Positions 51,812-61,431 of a stretch of DNA of 64,000 nt are shown piece by piece; the first letter of the stretch is position 1; each line of letters starts with the position of its first letter. Origin of the DNA: Bacteroidales bacterium (GTDB lineage: Bacteria; Bacteroidota; Bacteroidia; Bacteroidales; UBA932); the NCBI GenBank assembly GCA_017548985.1, contig JAFYYW010000009.1, forward strand, positions 5,290 through 69,289, given 5' to 3'. A program made the position numbers and the translations under genes. The notes beneath the pieces were generated by a model. That model searched no databases, was not told where the DNA came from, and saw only the letters and a program-made list of their open reading frames with translations.

Positions 51812-54253
51812 TTACCTCAAAGCAGCTCCGTACTCACCAGTGAATGTCGACAGCAACTTGTCCATTATCCTCTCCACATCGCTGTCAGTCAATGTCTTCT
51901 CCTGATCCTGGAGAACGAAGCCCAAGGCGTATTGCTTCTTGCCCGCGGGAATCTTGTCACCCCTGTAGACATCGAACAAGGTGACACTCTTCAAGAACTT
52001 CTTAGCGGCCTTGAAAGCGCTCTTGTAGAGATCGGCGTAACAGACATCCTCGTCCAGAAGGAGGGCGAGATCCCTGCGCACCTCGGGGAATTTAGGCAAC
52101 TCCTTGAACGCCACCTTATCCCTCTTGACAAGTTTGAACAGGGTGTTCCAGTTGACCTCGGCCGCGAAAGCGGGCTGTTTGACGTCAAACCTCTTGGCGA
52201 GTGAAGGAAGAACCGTACCGACAACCGCGAGAGGCAGATGAGAGCCAGGCAGGGAGTAGCACACTCCCTCGCTGAATATGTCAGCCGGAGCGGGGGTGGC
52301 CTCCATCTGGTAAATGTCAGCGCCGAAACGCCTCAGGAGGAGGTCAAGATAACCCTTCAGCTCGAAGAAGCTGCTCTTTCCGGGCTGGACGTTCCATGAT
52401 TTCTCAGGAGTACCTGTGATGAACATCGAATATGCCTGGTGCTCCTCGTATGAGGCGAGAGTCGTGCCGTCACCCTGGGGATCGCGGCTGTAGACAGAGC
52501 CAAATTCAAATAGTCTCATCGAGGAGATCTGGCGGTTGATGTTGTAAGCCATAACCTCAAGGCCATTGAATATAAGGTTCTGCCTCATGACATTGAGGTC
52601 GGAGCTCAGGGGATTGACGATAGCCGCGCACTTCTCTTCCGGATAGGTGGTCAGGCCTTTGTAATAAGCGGATTTCGTCAGGGAGTTGTTCATCATCTCA
52701 ACGAACCCGTTGGCCGCCAAGAAGTTGGATATTCCGTTACGGATCGCCTCGGGTTCCGGGCTTGGAGTCGCGTTGACGGACATCTTCATATGGCGAGGAA
52801 GGTCGATGTTGTTGTAGCCATAGACCCTGAGGATCTCCTCGACCACATCACACTCCCTCTCGACGTCCACCATATATGACGGGGCGGCGACCTTCGCGCC
52901 TCCGGGCCTCTTCTCAAGGAAGTCGTATGCCAGGAACGTGAGAATATTCTCGATAGTTTCATGGCCGATCTTCTTTCCTATAAAGTTCTCAATACGGTCG
53001 TAATCGAGGTCAATCACCTTCTTTCCTATCTTCTCGGGATAAAACTCCTCCATGTCACCAACAATCTCACCGCCAGCCAGTTCCTTAATAAGCAAGGCGG
53101 CGCGCTTGCAGGCGTAATCACCTATAGCCGGATCGCATCCCCTCTCAAAACGGAACGAAGCGTCTGTCTGGAGGGTGTGCCTCTTGGATGTCTTACGGAT
53201 GGAACCGGGATCGAAATAGGCGCTCTCGATGAAAACGGTGGTCGTCGATTCAGTGACACCCGAATCAATTCCTCCGAACACACCGGCGATGCACATAGGA
53301 CCGTTCTCGTCAGCGATCACGATATCCTCGGCCGAAAGCTTCCTTTCCATCTCATCCAGGGTGACTATCTTCTCGCCCTCGGAAGCCCTCCTGACGATGA
53401 CCTTCCCACCGGAGATCTTGTCGGCGTCGAATGTGTGGAGAGGCTGGCCGAGCTCCCAAAGGATGAAGTTGGAGACGTCGACCACATTGTCTATCGGCCT
53501 GAGCCCTATGGCCAGAAGCCTCTTGCGGAGCCACTCGGGAGAAGGTCCGACCTTGACACCCTTGACTGTGATACCGCAATATCTCGGAGCCGCGTTGGGA
53601 TCCTGGACATCAATTGGAATAGCGGTACCCTCGCCCGGCTTCCAAGCCTCGATCGAAGGATACTTGAAGGAGCATGGAATATCGTTGAGTTTCATCCAGG
53701 CATACAGGTCACGGGCCACTCCGATATGGGAAGAGGCGTCGACCCTGTTGGCCGTGATCTCATATTCAATGACAGCCTCGGTCTTGAGGTGGAGATATTC
53801 CTTCGCGGGAGTGCCCACGACAGCGTCGACAGGAAGCACCATGATACCGGAATGGTCCTCTCCGATGCCTAGCTCGTCCTCGGCGCAGATCATACCCATG
53901 GACTCAATCCCACGGATCTTGGACTTCTTGATCTTGAAATCGCCCGGAAGCACGGTACCGATCCTGGCGAACAGGACTTTCTGCCCGGCTGCCACGTTCG
54001 GGGCTCCGCAAACCACCTGGACGGGCTCGGCGGAACCGTCATCGACCTTCGTGACATGGAGATGGTCAGAATCCGGATGTGGCTCGCACTCAAGAACTTC
54101 CGCCACAACGACCCCGGCCAGTCCACCAGGGATTTCCTCCTGTTCCTCGACAGAGTCGACCTCGATGCCGATGTCGGTCATCACCTCAGCGATCTTCGCG
54201 GGGGTCAGGTCAAACTCGAGATAATCTTTCAGCCAATTGTAAGAGAGCTTCAT
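51812..54253 (-). CDS. pheT: Phenylalanyl-tRNA synthetase beta subunit
   Basis: MKLSYNWL, HPDSDHL, VCGAPN, ANRVD, RFERG and C-terminal FDX-ACB domain. Confidence 0.98.
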   Translation of the reverse strand: MKLSYNWLKDYLEFDLTPAKIAEVMTDIGIEVDSVEEQEEIPGGLAGVVVAEVLECEPHPDSDHLHVTKVDDGSAEPVQVVCGAPNVAAGQKVLFARIGTVLPGDFKIKKSKIRGIESMGMICAEDELGIGEDHSGIMVLPVDAVVGTPAKEYLHLKTEAVIEYEITANRVDASSHIGVARDLYAWMKLNDIPCSFKYPSIEAWKPGEGTAIPIDVQDPNAAPRYCGITVKGVKVGPSPEWLRKRLLAIGLRPIDNVVDVSNFILWELGQPLHTFDADKISGGKVIVRRASEGEKIVTLDEMERKLSAEDIVIADENGPMCIAGVFGGIDSGVTESTTTVFIESAYFDPGSIRKTSKRHTLQTDASFRFERGCDPAIGDYACKRAALLIKELAGGEIVGDMEEFYPEKIGKKVIDLDYDRIENFIGKKIGHETIENILTFLAYDFLEKRPGGAKVAAPSYMVDVERECDVVEEILRVYGYNNIDLPRHMKMSVNATPSPEPEAIRNGISNFLAANGFVEMMNNSLTKSAYYKGLTTYPEEKCAAIVNPLSSDLNVMRQNLIFNGLEVMAYNINRQISSMRLFEFGSVYSRDPQGDGTTLASYEEHQAYSMFITGTPEKSWNVQPGKSSFFELKGYLDLLLRRFGADIYQMEATPAPADIFSEGVCYSLPGSHLPLAVVGTVLPSLAKRFDVKQPAFAAEVNWNTLFKLVKRDKVAFKELPKFPEVRRDLALLLDEDVCYADLYKSAFKAAKKFLKSVTLFDVYRGDKIPAGKKQYALGFVLQDQEKTLTDSDVERIMDKLLSTFTGEYGAALR

Positions 54254-54259
54254 AATTAT

Positions 54260-55192
54260 TTATTTATCAATATCTTCCTTTGAAAACAGAGAGTTCACGA
54301 ACTCTTTTTTGTCAAACACCTTGAGGTCATCCACACCTTCTCCTATGCCAATAAACTTCACCGGGACCTTGAGCTGGTCGACAATCCCGATCACGACACC
54401 GCCCTTGGCGGTCCCGTCCAGTTTGGTGACGGCCAGGGAGGTTATGTCCGTGGCCCTGGAAAACTCCTTGGCCTGCTGGTAAGCGTTCTGCCCTGTAGAG
54501 GCGTCCAGAACCAGAAGGACCTCGTGAGGAGCGTCAGGGATAATCTTGCGCATGACATTGCGGATCTTGGTCAGCTCGTTCATCAGGTCTATCCTGTTGT
54601 GGAGACGACCAGCCGTGTCGATAAGGACGACATCCGCCTCCTTGGCCACAGCCGACTTTACGGTGTCGAACGCCACCGAAGCGGGATCGGCACCCATGCC
54701 TTGCTTCACGATGTCCACCCCGGCCCTCTCAGCCCAGATGACGAGCTGCTCAACCGCGGCCGCCCTGAAGGTGTCAGCGGCTCCGACAATGACCTTCTTG
54801 CCCATCGCCTTATACCGTGACGCCAGTTTTCCTATCGTGGTTGTCTTGCCAACCCCGTTGACGCCCACAACCATGACGACCATCGGCTTCTTCGAAAGAT
54901 CGAACGGCTCCTGAGGAGTTTCCTCCCCATCCACATCCAGCATCTTCCCTATCTCGTCACGGAGCATGTCCACGAGCTCATCCATAGACATGTACTTGTC
55001 TCTCCCCACTCTCTCCTCAAGGCTGTCCACGATCTTAAGGGTCGTGTCCACTCCCATGTCAGACGCGACCAGTGCCTCCTCGATAGCGTCAAGCACATCA
55101 TCGTCAACCTTGGATTTGCCGACAACGGCCCTTGAGAGCCTCTGGAAGAAGCCCTGCTTGGTTTTCTCAACGCCTTTGTCAAAAAGTCCCAT
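54260..55192 (-). CDS. ftsY: SRP receptor FtsY
   Basis: GVNGVGKTT, DTFRAAA, DTAGR and TKLDGTAKGG; ATG at 55192 with -7 box TATATTTG at 55214-55221. Confidence 0.97.
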   Translation of the reverse strand: MGLFDKGVEKTKQGFFQRLSRAVVGKSKVDDDVLDAIEEALVASDMGVDTTLKIVDSLEERVGRDKYMSMDELVDMLRDEIGKMLDVDGEETPQEPFDLSKKPMVVMVVGVNGVGKTTTIGKLASRYKAMGKKVIVGAADTFRAAAVEQLVIWAERAGVDIVKQGMGADPASVAFDTVKSAVAKEADVVLIDTAGRLHNRIDLMNELTKIRNVMRKIIPDAPHEVLLVLDASTGQNAYQQAKEFSRATDITSLAVTKLDGTAKGGVVIGIVDQLKVPVKFIGIGEGVDDLKVFDKKEFVNSLFSKEDIDK

Positions 55193-55239
55193 GACAATCA
55201 AAATGTAATCTTACAAATATACACAAATTCGGGGTAAAT

Positions 55240-55270
55240 AAAAAAGAGCGGACGTCATCAAAACGTCCGC
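55240..55270 (-). terminator. Intrinsic terminator after rpmB-rpmG-DUF4295
   Basis: GCGGACGT/ACGTCCGC stem followed by a U-tract on the minus strand. Confidence 0.7.
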
Positions 55271-55294
55271 CCAACAGTATCTTTTCTTCAAAGA

Positions 55295-55456
55295 TTATTT
55301 CTTTCCTTCGAAGAATTCCTTTGACTTCTCAGCTTCCACAAGCTGCTCGGTGAAGAAATAAGCGCCCGTCTTGGGAGACTTGTCCATACGGATGCATTTC
55401 ACCATGCTCTTGGCGCCGGCCTTCGCGGCGAATGTAGCGACTGCTTTCTTTGCCAT
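55295..55456 (-). CDS. DUF4295-family small protein (53 aa)
   Basis: Hand translation MAKKAVATFAAKAGAKSMVKCIRMDKSPKTGAYFFTEQLVEAEKSKEFFEGKK; usual position between rpmG and ftsY. Confidence 0.88.
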   Translation of the reverse strand: MAKKAVATFAAKAGAKSMVKCIRMDKSPKTGAYFFTEQLVEAEKSKEFFEGKK

Positions 55457-55468
55457 AACTTAATCTCC

Positions 55469-55657
55469 TTATTTGATTTCGCGGTGGACAGTGACCTTGT
55501 GGAGGTAAGGGTTGTACTTCTTGCGCTCCAAGCGCTCAGGAGTGTTCTTCTTGTTCTTTGTGGTGACGTACCTGGAAATCCCGGGGACTCCGCTCGCCTT
55601 CTGCTCAGTGCACTCGAGGATAACCTGCACTCTCGCGTCTTTAGTTTTCTTTGCCAT
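55469..55657 (-). CDS. rpmG: 50S ribosomal protein L33
   Basis: [10 protein letters not shown]...[20 protein letters not shown]. Confidence 0.97.
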   Translation of the reverse strand: MAKKTKDARVQVILECTEQKASGVPGISRYVTTKNKKNTPERLERKKYNPYLHKVTVHREIK

Positions 55658-55671
55658 AGTTCAAAAATTTT

Positions 55672-55914
55672 TTAGACAAGGCCTACATATCCTTTTTCCT
55701 GAGCCTCCTTAAGGGCGGCGTCAAGACCCTTCTTCTCGATGGTCCTCATGCCCTTGGTGGAAACTTTGAGAGTGATGTACCTCTGCTCCTCCTCAGACCA
55801 GAACTTCTTGGTCTTGAGGTTGAGGGCGAAGTCGCGCTTCGTATGAAGCCTGGAATGAGCGACGTTGCAGCCGATCATCCTTTTCCGTCCTGTGATTTGA
55901 CAAACTTTTGCCAT
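55672..55914 (-). CDS. rpmB: 50S ribosomal protein L28
   Basis: MAKVCQITG...NVAHS...TKR.F..NL. Confidence 0.97.
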   Translation of the reverse strand: MAKVCQITGRKRMIGCNVAHSRLHTKRDFALNLKTKKFWSEEEQRYITLKVSTKGMRTIEKKGLDAALKEAQEKGYVGLV

Positions 55915-56004
55915 GATATCTTACTTTTTTTATTGATTCAAAATACTTTGGGGCCGCAAATTTCGTTTAAATTTTTCAGAATCGCAAGTCCTTGACCTCA
56001 TTTC

Positions 56005-57351
56005 CTAAACAAATTTGAAGAATCTGCGCCACCTGATGTTGTTGGGGAACTTCCTGCCGGCGTCCGTGGACAGCCAGATGACAGACGGCTTCCCGACTAT
56101 ATGATCCTCGGGCACGAAGCCCCAGTACCTGGAGTCGAGGGAGTTATGCCTGTTGTCCCCCATCATGAAATAATAGTCCTGGGAGAAAGTGTAGCTTGTG
56201 GTCTCTTCCCCGTCGATGATGATCTTCCCATCGGCATCCACCTTCAGATCGTGTCCCTCATAAGAGGTGATAATCCGCTCGTAAACAGGCAGGTTCGAGA
56301 GCGTCAACCCCACTGTGGCACCCTTGGCCGGGATCCAAAGCGGTCCGAAATTATCCCTTGTCCATCCTGAGCCTTCCGTGAAAGGGAAGATGCTCAGATA
56401 AGAGTCCGGGAAATCCGGAGGATAGACATCCAGATTCGGCTCGACACTCACGACCGCGGAGTACCCTTTGACCTCATCATACATAGCGGAGGTGAGGGGC
56501 ATGGCGGGATAACCCGGGAGGCTTGGGTCATAGAACAACTCTGAAGTGTTCAGGCCGAGCTTATCGATGGTCCGGGGGTTGATCTGCTGGCCGTTCGTCA
56601 CGACCTTGTAGGTCAACTGGACTCCAGGATAAACCTCCTGCCGCTGTCCGTCTATCCAGACAAGGCCGTCACGAACCTGGAGAGTGTCGCCAGCGACAGC
56701 GACGCATCTCTTGACGTAGTGATCTTCCTTGTCTACGGGACGGACCTTCACAGGCCCTCCGTTGGCGATCGTGTAATCTCTGCCGGCGTTACGTACCCAT
56801 GCGTAGTAGTCTTCCGAAGGGAAGCGGGTCAAGACCGTGTCCCCATGAGGGAAATTGAATACCACATAGTCGCCTCTCTTGACATGACCGAAGCCTTTCA
56901 GACGGCGGTAGTCATTCTGGATAAGAGTCGAATAAGACTCTTTCCCGAATATCACATTGTGCGTGAAAGGGATCGTGAGCGGTGTCTGGGGGACTTTGGG
57001 GCCGTACGCGAGTTTGCTTACGAAAAGGTGGTCTCCGGTGTAAAGAGAGCTCTCCATCGAGGATGAAGGGATCTTGAACGCCTGAAAGAAGAAAATGTTG
57101 ATGAATGTCACGACAACAGTGGCGAAGATGATGGCATCAAGCCAGTCCAGCCAGACGTTGCGCTTCTCCCCTTCCTTGTAATCCTTTTTCCAGAACAGCC
57201 ACTTCACCTTCTTGGTGATGTGGAGGTCGAATATGATAATAAGGCCGAGGATCCACCACCAGTTTCCGAGCCAGGCCACCCACAACGTGTAAAGTATGGC
57301 CCAGAAACTCATCCTGACCCATTTGTTGTGGTATAAGGTGTTCAAGCTCAC
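56005..57351 (-). CDS. lepB: Signal peptidase I
   Basis: IPSSSME, GDHLFVSK, YVKRCV and MMGDNRHNSLDSRYWGFVP. Confidence 0.96.
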   Translation of the reverse strand: MSLNTLYHNKWVRMSFWAILYTLWVAWLGNWWWILGLIIIFDLHITKKVKWLFWKKDYKEGEKRNVWLDWLDAIIFATVVVTFINIFFFQAFKIPSSSMESSLYTGDHLFVSKLAYGPKVPQTPLTIPFTHNVIFGKESYSTLIQNDYRRLKGFGHVKRGDYVVFNFPHGDTVLTRFPSEDYYAWVRNAGRDYTIANGGPVKVRPVDKEDHYVKRCVAVAGDTLQVRDGLVWIDGQRQEVYPGVQLTYKVVTNGQQINPRTIDKLGLNTSELFYDPSLPGYPAMPLTSAMYDEVKGYSAVVSVEPNLDVYPPDFPDSYLSIFPFTEGSGWTRDNFGPLWIPAKGATVGLTLSNLPVYERIITSYEGHDLKVDADGKIIIDGEETTSYTFSQDYYFMMGDNRHNSLDSRYWGFVPEDHIVGKPSVIWLSTDAGRKFPNNIRWRRFFKFV

Positions 57352-57369
57352 TTTCGGGGACCCGGTGAA

Positions 57370-57714
57370 CTATTTGACGGAATTGACGATGGCCTCAAAC
57401 GCCTGAGGGTTGTTCATGGCGAGGTCGGCGAGAACCTTGCGGTTGAGACCGACATTCTGCTTCGCGAGCTTGCCCATGAACTGGGAATAGGTGATGCCAT
57501 ACTGACGGGCGGCGGCGTTGATCCTCTGAATCCAGAGGGCGCGGAAGTTGCGCTTCTTCGCCTTGCGGTCACGATAGGCATAGGTCAAACCCTTCTCATA
57601 AGTGTTCTTGGCTACGGTCCAGACATTCTTTCTGGAGAGGAAATTACCGCGGGTTCTCTTAAGAATCTTCTTGCGGCGAGCCCTGGAGGCTACTGAATTG
57701 ACTGATCTTGGCAT
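57370..57714 (-). CDS. rplT: 50S ribosomal protein L20
   Basis: MPRSVN...YRDRK.KKR.FR.LWI.RINAA. Confidence 0.98.
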   Translation of the reverse strand: MPRSVNSVASRARRKKILKRTRGNFLSRKNVWTVAKNTYEKGLTYAYRDRKAKKRNFRALWIQRINAAARQYGITYSQFMGKLAKQNVGLNRKVLADLAMNNPQAFEAIVNSVK

Positions 57715-57793
57715 AATCTGATCTTTTTCCGGAGGCAGCGACCGCGACTTGGCGGTTCTTTTCGGCTGCGTTCCAAGTTAAACAATAAATAAA

Positions 57794-57988
57794 CTACAGG
57801 ACCAACATTTCCTTTACCCTCTTCAGATCGTCCTTCTCGACGAGCGCGAAGTGGTCAAGATTTCTCTTGCGTTTTGTGGTCTTCTTCGTGAGGATGTGGC
57901 TGTGATAAGCATGCTTCCTCTTGATTTTTCCTGTTCCGGTAAGCGCGAAACGCTTTTTGGCACCGGAGACGGTCTTAAGCTTTGCCAT
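57794..57988 (-). CDS. rpmI: 50S ribosomal protein L35
   Basis: [21 protein letters not shown]. Confidence 0.97.
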   Translation of the reverse strand: MAKLKTVSGAKKRFALTGTGKIKRKHAYHSHILTKKTTKRKRNLDHFALVEKDDLKRVKEMLVL

Positions 57989-58043
57989 TTTTACAAATAA
58001 TTAATACTGTTAATATTGTTACCGCTCTCACGGCGGTCACTTT

Positions 58044-58670
58044 TTACTTTTTCTTGACAGGGGCGATCATCATCGTCATCCTCTTTCCTTCCAGGGAAGG
58101 CATATTCTCGGCCCTTCCGTACTCCTCAAGCTCAACCGCGAACCTCAGGAGCTGTTTCTCACCTTGATCGGCGAACATGATAGAGCGTCCGCGGAAGAAT
58201 ATCGTCGCCTTGACCTTGGAGCCTTCCTCCAGGAACTCTTGCGCATGCTTGAGCTTGAACTGGAAATCATGCTCGTCGGTGTTGGGACCGAAACGGATCT
58301 CCTTGATGGTCACCTTGGTGGCGTTCTGCTTCATCTCCTTGGCCTTCTTCCTCTGCTGGTAGAGGTATTTCTGGTAATCAAGGATCTTGCACACCGGCGG
58401 CTCAGCCTTGGCGCTGATCTCGACCAAGTCAAGTTCCAGCTCATCGGCCATAGCCAGAGCCTTTGAAATAGGATAAATGCCTGGCTCGGCGATGTTGTCG
58501 CCGACAAGACGGACCTGAGGAGCGGTTATCTCCTCATTGATGTTCAGCTCATCATCCGCCTTCTGGCGGACAAATGAACGCTGGCCACGAGCCCCGGCCG
58601 CAGGCTTCGCACCGGCTGGTTTAAATCCGGTTGATGGTCTTGAACCTCCGTAACGTTTCTTGTAAGGCAT
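58044..58670 (-). CDS. infC: Translation initiation factor IF-3 with an N-terminal extension
   Basis: INEEI...VRLV, LDLVEIS...PPVCKI and KEIRFGPNTDEHD. Confidence 0.96.
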   Translation of the reverse strand: MPYKKRYGGSRPSTGFKPAGAKPAAGARGQRSFVRQKADDELNINEEITAPQVRLVGDNIAEPGIYPISKALAMADELELDLVEISAKAEPPVCKILDYQKYLYQQRKKAKEMKQNATKVTIKEIRFGPNTDEHDFQFKLKHAQEFLEEGSKVKATIFFRGRSIMFADQGEKQLLRFAVELEEYGRAENMPSLEGKRMTMMIAPVKKK

Positions 58671-58724
58671 TCCTGTTTTTAATTAAACTCTTTAAAATAA
58701 ATCTCCTATATGTTTATATCCACT

Positions 58725-60683
58725 TCAAGCGAGCTCTTGGGCCATCTGGTCCTTAAGCCACGCCACAAACTCTTCCACTTTCATCACGCCGGCGTCGGCG
58801 CCTTCCTTCCTAACAGAAACCGTGCCCTGCTCAACTTCTTTCTCTCCCACAATAGCCAGCACAGGGACGCGCAGCAACGAAATCTCACGGATACGCTTCC
58901 CGAGAGTCTCGTTTCTGTCATCTATAGAGGCGCGAATATCGGAATTATTCAGCAATCCGCAAACTTTTTTCGCGAAATCTGAATATTTCTCACTGATAGG
59001 CAGTACTTTAACCTGATCAGGGCTGAGCCATAAGGGGAGATGTCCTCCGGTGTGCTCGAGCAACACGGCGGTGAACCTCTCGATGGATCCGAAAGGAGCC
59101 CTGTGGATCATGACCGGGCGCTGTTTGCTTCCGTCGGCGGCGGTATACTCAAGCTGGAATCTCTCAGGAAGATTGTAGTCCACCTGGATGGTTCCGAGCT
59201 GCCATTTCCTACCGATGGCGTCCTTGACCATAAAGTCAAGCTTAGGACCATAGAAAGCGGCCTCTCCGTACTCCACGACTGTCTTGAGACCCATCTCGGC
59301 GGCAGCCTCGATGATAGCGTTCTCGGCCTTCTCCCAGTTCTCGTCGGAACCGATGTACTTTGACTTGTTATTGGGGTCCCTGAGGGATACCTGGGCAGTG
59401 TATTTGTCGAACTTGAAAATCTTGAACACATAGAGAATCAGCTCGATAACCTTCTCGAACTCACCCTTGAGCTGGTCGGGAGTCACGAACATGTGAGCGT
59501 CGTCCTGGGTGAATGAGCGGACCCTGGTAAGCCCGTGGAGCTCACCGCTCTGCTCATAGCGGTAAACTGTGCCGAACTCCGCCATCCTCAACGGGAGATC
59601 CCTGTAAGATCTGGGCGCCGAGCGGAAAATCTCGCAATGATGAGGGCAGTTCATCGGTTTGAGCATGTACTCCTCACCTTCCTGAGGTGTGTGGATCGGC
59701 TGGAACGAATCCTTTCCGTACTTGGCGTAGTGGCCGGAGGTGACATAAAGGTCCTTGCTTCCGATATGAGGGGTCACGACCGGGAGGTAGCCATATTCAT
59801 TCTGCTTCTTGCGAAGGAACTTCTCAAGCTCGAATCTCATCACGGAACCTCTTGGCAACCAGAGAGGAAGACCCATACCAACCCGGGAAGAGAAGGTGAA
59901 AAGCTCCATCTCCTTGCCGAGCTTGCGGTGATCCCTCTTCTTCGCCTCCTCGAGAACCACGAGGTACTCGTCGAGCATCGACTTCTTGGGGAAAGTGATT
60001 CCATAGATACGGGTCAACTGGCCGCGTGTCTCGTCGCCGCGCCAATAAGCTCCGGCTAAAGCGGTGAGCTTGACAGCCTTGATCACACCGGTGTCACGGA
60101 GATGGGGTCCGCGGCAGAGGTCGGTGAAATGGCCGTTGGTGTAGTATGTGATGGTACCGTCCTCAAGCTCGCTGATGAGCTCGCACTTGTACTGGTCTCC
60201 CTTCTCCTCGAAATGCTTCATGGCTTCCGCCTTGGAGACATCGATCCTGGTGTAATCCTGCTTCTCGCGGGCGAGCTCAAGCATCCTCTTCTCTATCTTC
60301 GGGAAGTCAGCGTCCGTGATCTGGTGACTTCCGAGATCGACATCATAATAGAAACCATTCTCGATGGCCGGTCCGATACCGAACTTGACTCCGGGGAACA
60401 AGTCCTCAAGAGCCTCAGCCATAAGGTGAGATGAGGAATGCCAGAAAACCCTCTTGGCCTCGTCATCTTCCCACTTCAGGAGCGTTATCGAGCAATCTTC
60501 CTCGATCGGACGATTGAGATCCCTTGTCTCTCCCTTGCCGATGGTAGTGTCGCCAGCGGGCTTGACGGCCACAGCCAGAACCTCCTCAGCCAGCCTAGGG
60601 CTGATGCCCATGGCGATCTCATAACCGGTCACTCCTTTCTCGTACTCTCTGACGCTGCCGTCAGGAAATGTGATGTTTATCAT
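58725..60683 (-). CDS. thrS: Threonyl-tRNA synthetase
   Basis: TGS start, [31 protein letters not shown] and AFYGPK; -7 box TATCTTTG at 60707-60714. Confidence 0.98.
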   Translation of the reverse strand: MINITFPDGSVREYEKGVTGYEIAMGISPRLAEEVLAVAVKPAGDTTIGKGETRDLNRPIEEDCSITLLKWEDDEAKRVFWHSSSHLMAEALEDLFPGVKFGIGPAIENGFYYDVDLGSHQITDADFPKIEKRMLELAREKQDYTRIDVSKAEAMKHFEEKGDQYKCELISELEDGTITYYTNGHFTDLCRGPHLRDTGVIKAVKLTALAGAYWRGDETRGQLTRIYGITFPKKSMLDEYLVVLEEAKKRDHRKLGKEMELFTFSSRVGMGLPLWLPRGSVMRFELEKFLRKKQNEYGYLPVVTPHIGSKDLYVTSGHYAKYGKDSFQPIHTPQEGEEYMLKPMNCPHHCEIFRSAPRSYRDLPLRMAEFGTVYRYEQSGELHGLTRVRSFTQDDAHMFVTPDQLKGEFEKVIELILYVFKIFKFDKYTAQVSLRDPNNKSKYIGSDENWEKAENAIIEAAAEMGLKTVVEYGEAAFYGPKLDFMVKDAIGRKWQLGTIQVDYNLPERFQLEYTAADGSKQRPVMIHRAPFGSIERFTAVLLEHTGGHLPLWLSPDQVKVLPISEKYSDFAKKVCGLLNNSDIRASIDDRNETLGKRIREISLLRVPVLAIVGEKEVEQGTVSVRKEGADAGVMKVEEFVAWLKDQMAQELA

Positions 60684-60743
60684 AACTTATATTATTTGAT
60701 AGCCGACAAAGATAAGAATTATTTTGCTATTTTTGCACAAACT

Positions 60744-61322
60744 ATGGAGTTAACGCATATGAAGAAAGAATTCACTTCCGGCGAGTCATGGAACAGCGCC
60801 GCGATAGCCGGACTCATTCTTGCTGTCGCCACTATAGCGGCCGAGCTGGTCTCCTCTCTCTGCGGAAAGATCGGCGGGTTCGCTGGCGGTTTCCTCGGAT
60901 TCATCGCGTGGGCAGGCAAACTCGTCCTTTGCGCTGTCTTGTTCAGGTATCTCATGCTCAAGTTCAAATCCTCTTATGACGGTGTCGAGTATCCCCATCT
61001 ACAAAGATACGGGCTCAAACTGGCCTTGTTCTCCTCGATCATCGTCGCCGCGTACTCCACGGTCAACCTCCTCTTCATCAATCCTACCTCTTTCGAAGAG
61101 ATAATGGACGTGATGAGGACCAGCTACTCCTCGATGCTTGACTCTAACTCCGAGGCGGCCCTTGAGAAGATGATGCCCAAGATGCCGTACTATATGGCCA
61201 TAGGAACCTTGATCTACTGCTTCCTATGGGGTTGGATTCTCTCCACCGTGTTCGCCAGGAGCCTGAGAAGTGACAATCCTTTCGAGGATATTGAAGAACC
61301 TGTTGACGATCAAGATTCGTAA
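60744..61322 (+). CDS. DUF4199-like membrane protein
   Basis: Four TM helices; ATG at 60744 follows -7 box TATTTTTG (60728-60735). The longer track ORF overlaps thrS and is unlikely. Confidence 0.75.
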   Translation: MELTHMKKEFTSGESWNSAAIAGLILAVATIAAELVSSLCGKIGGFAGGFLGFIAWAGKLVLCAVLFRYLMLKFKSSYDGVEYPHLQRYGLKLALFSSIIVAAYSTVNLLFINPTSFEEIMDVMRTSYSSMLDSNSEAALEKMMPKMPYYMAIGTLIYCFLWGWILSTVFARSLRSDNPFEDIEEPVDDQDS

Positions 61323-61431
61323 TTAAAGTGTAACCTAACTCGCTGATTAATAGGGGTTGTGCTGGATTTCGGCGAGCCACGAACCGTAAGCGGAATTAAC
61401 TTACCTAATACAATTTATAATCGTAGTTGTC

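Noticed and set aside
61336-61348. IHF-consensus match AATCAGCGAGTTA upstream of the collagen lipoprotein
   Set aside because: The consensus is degenerate enough that a few matches are expected by chance in 64 kb.
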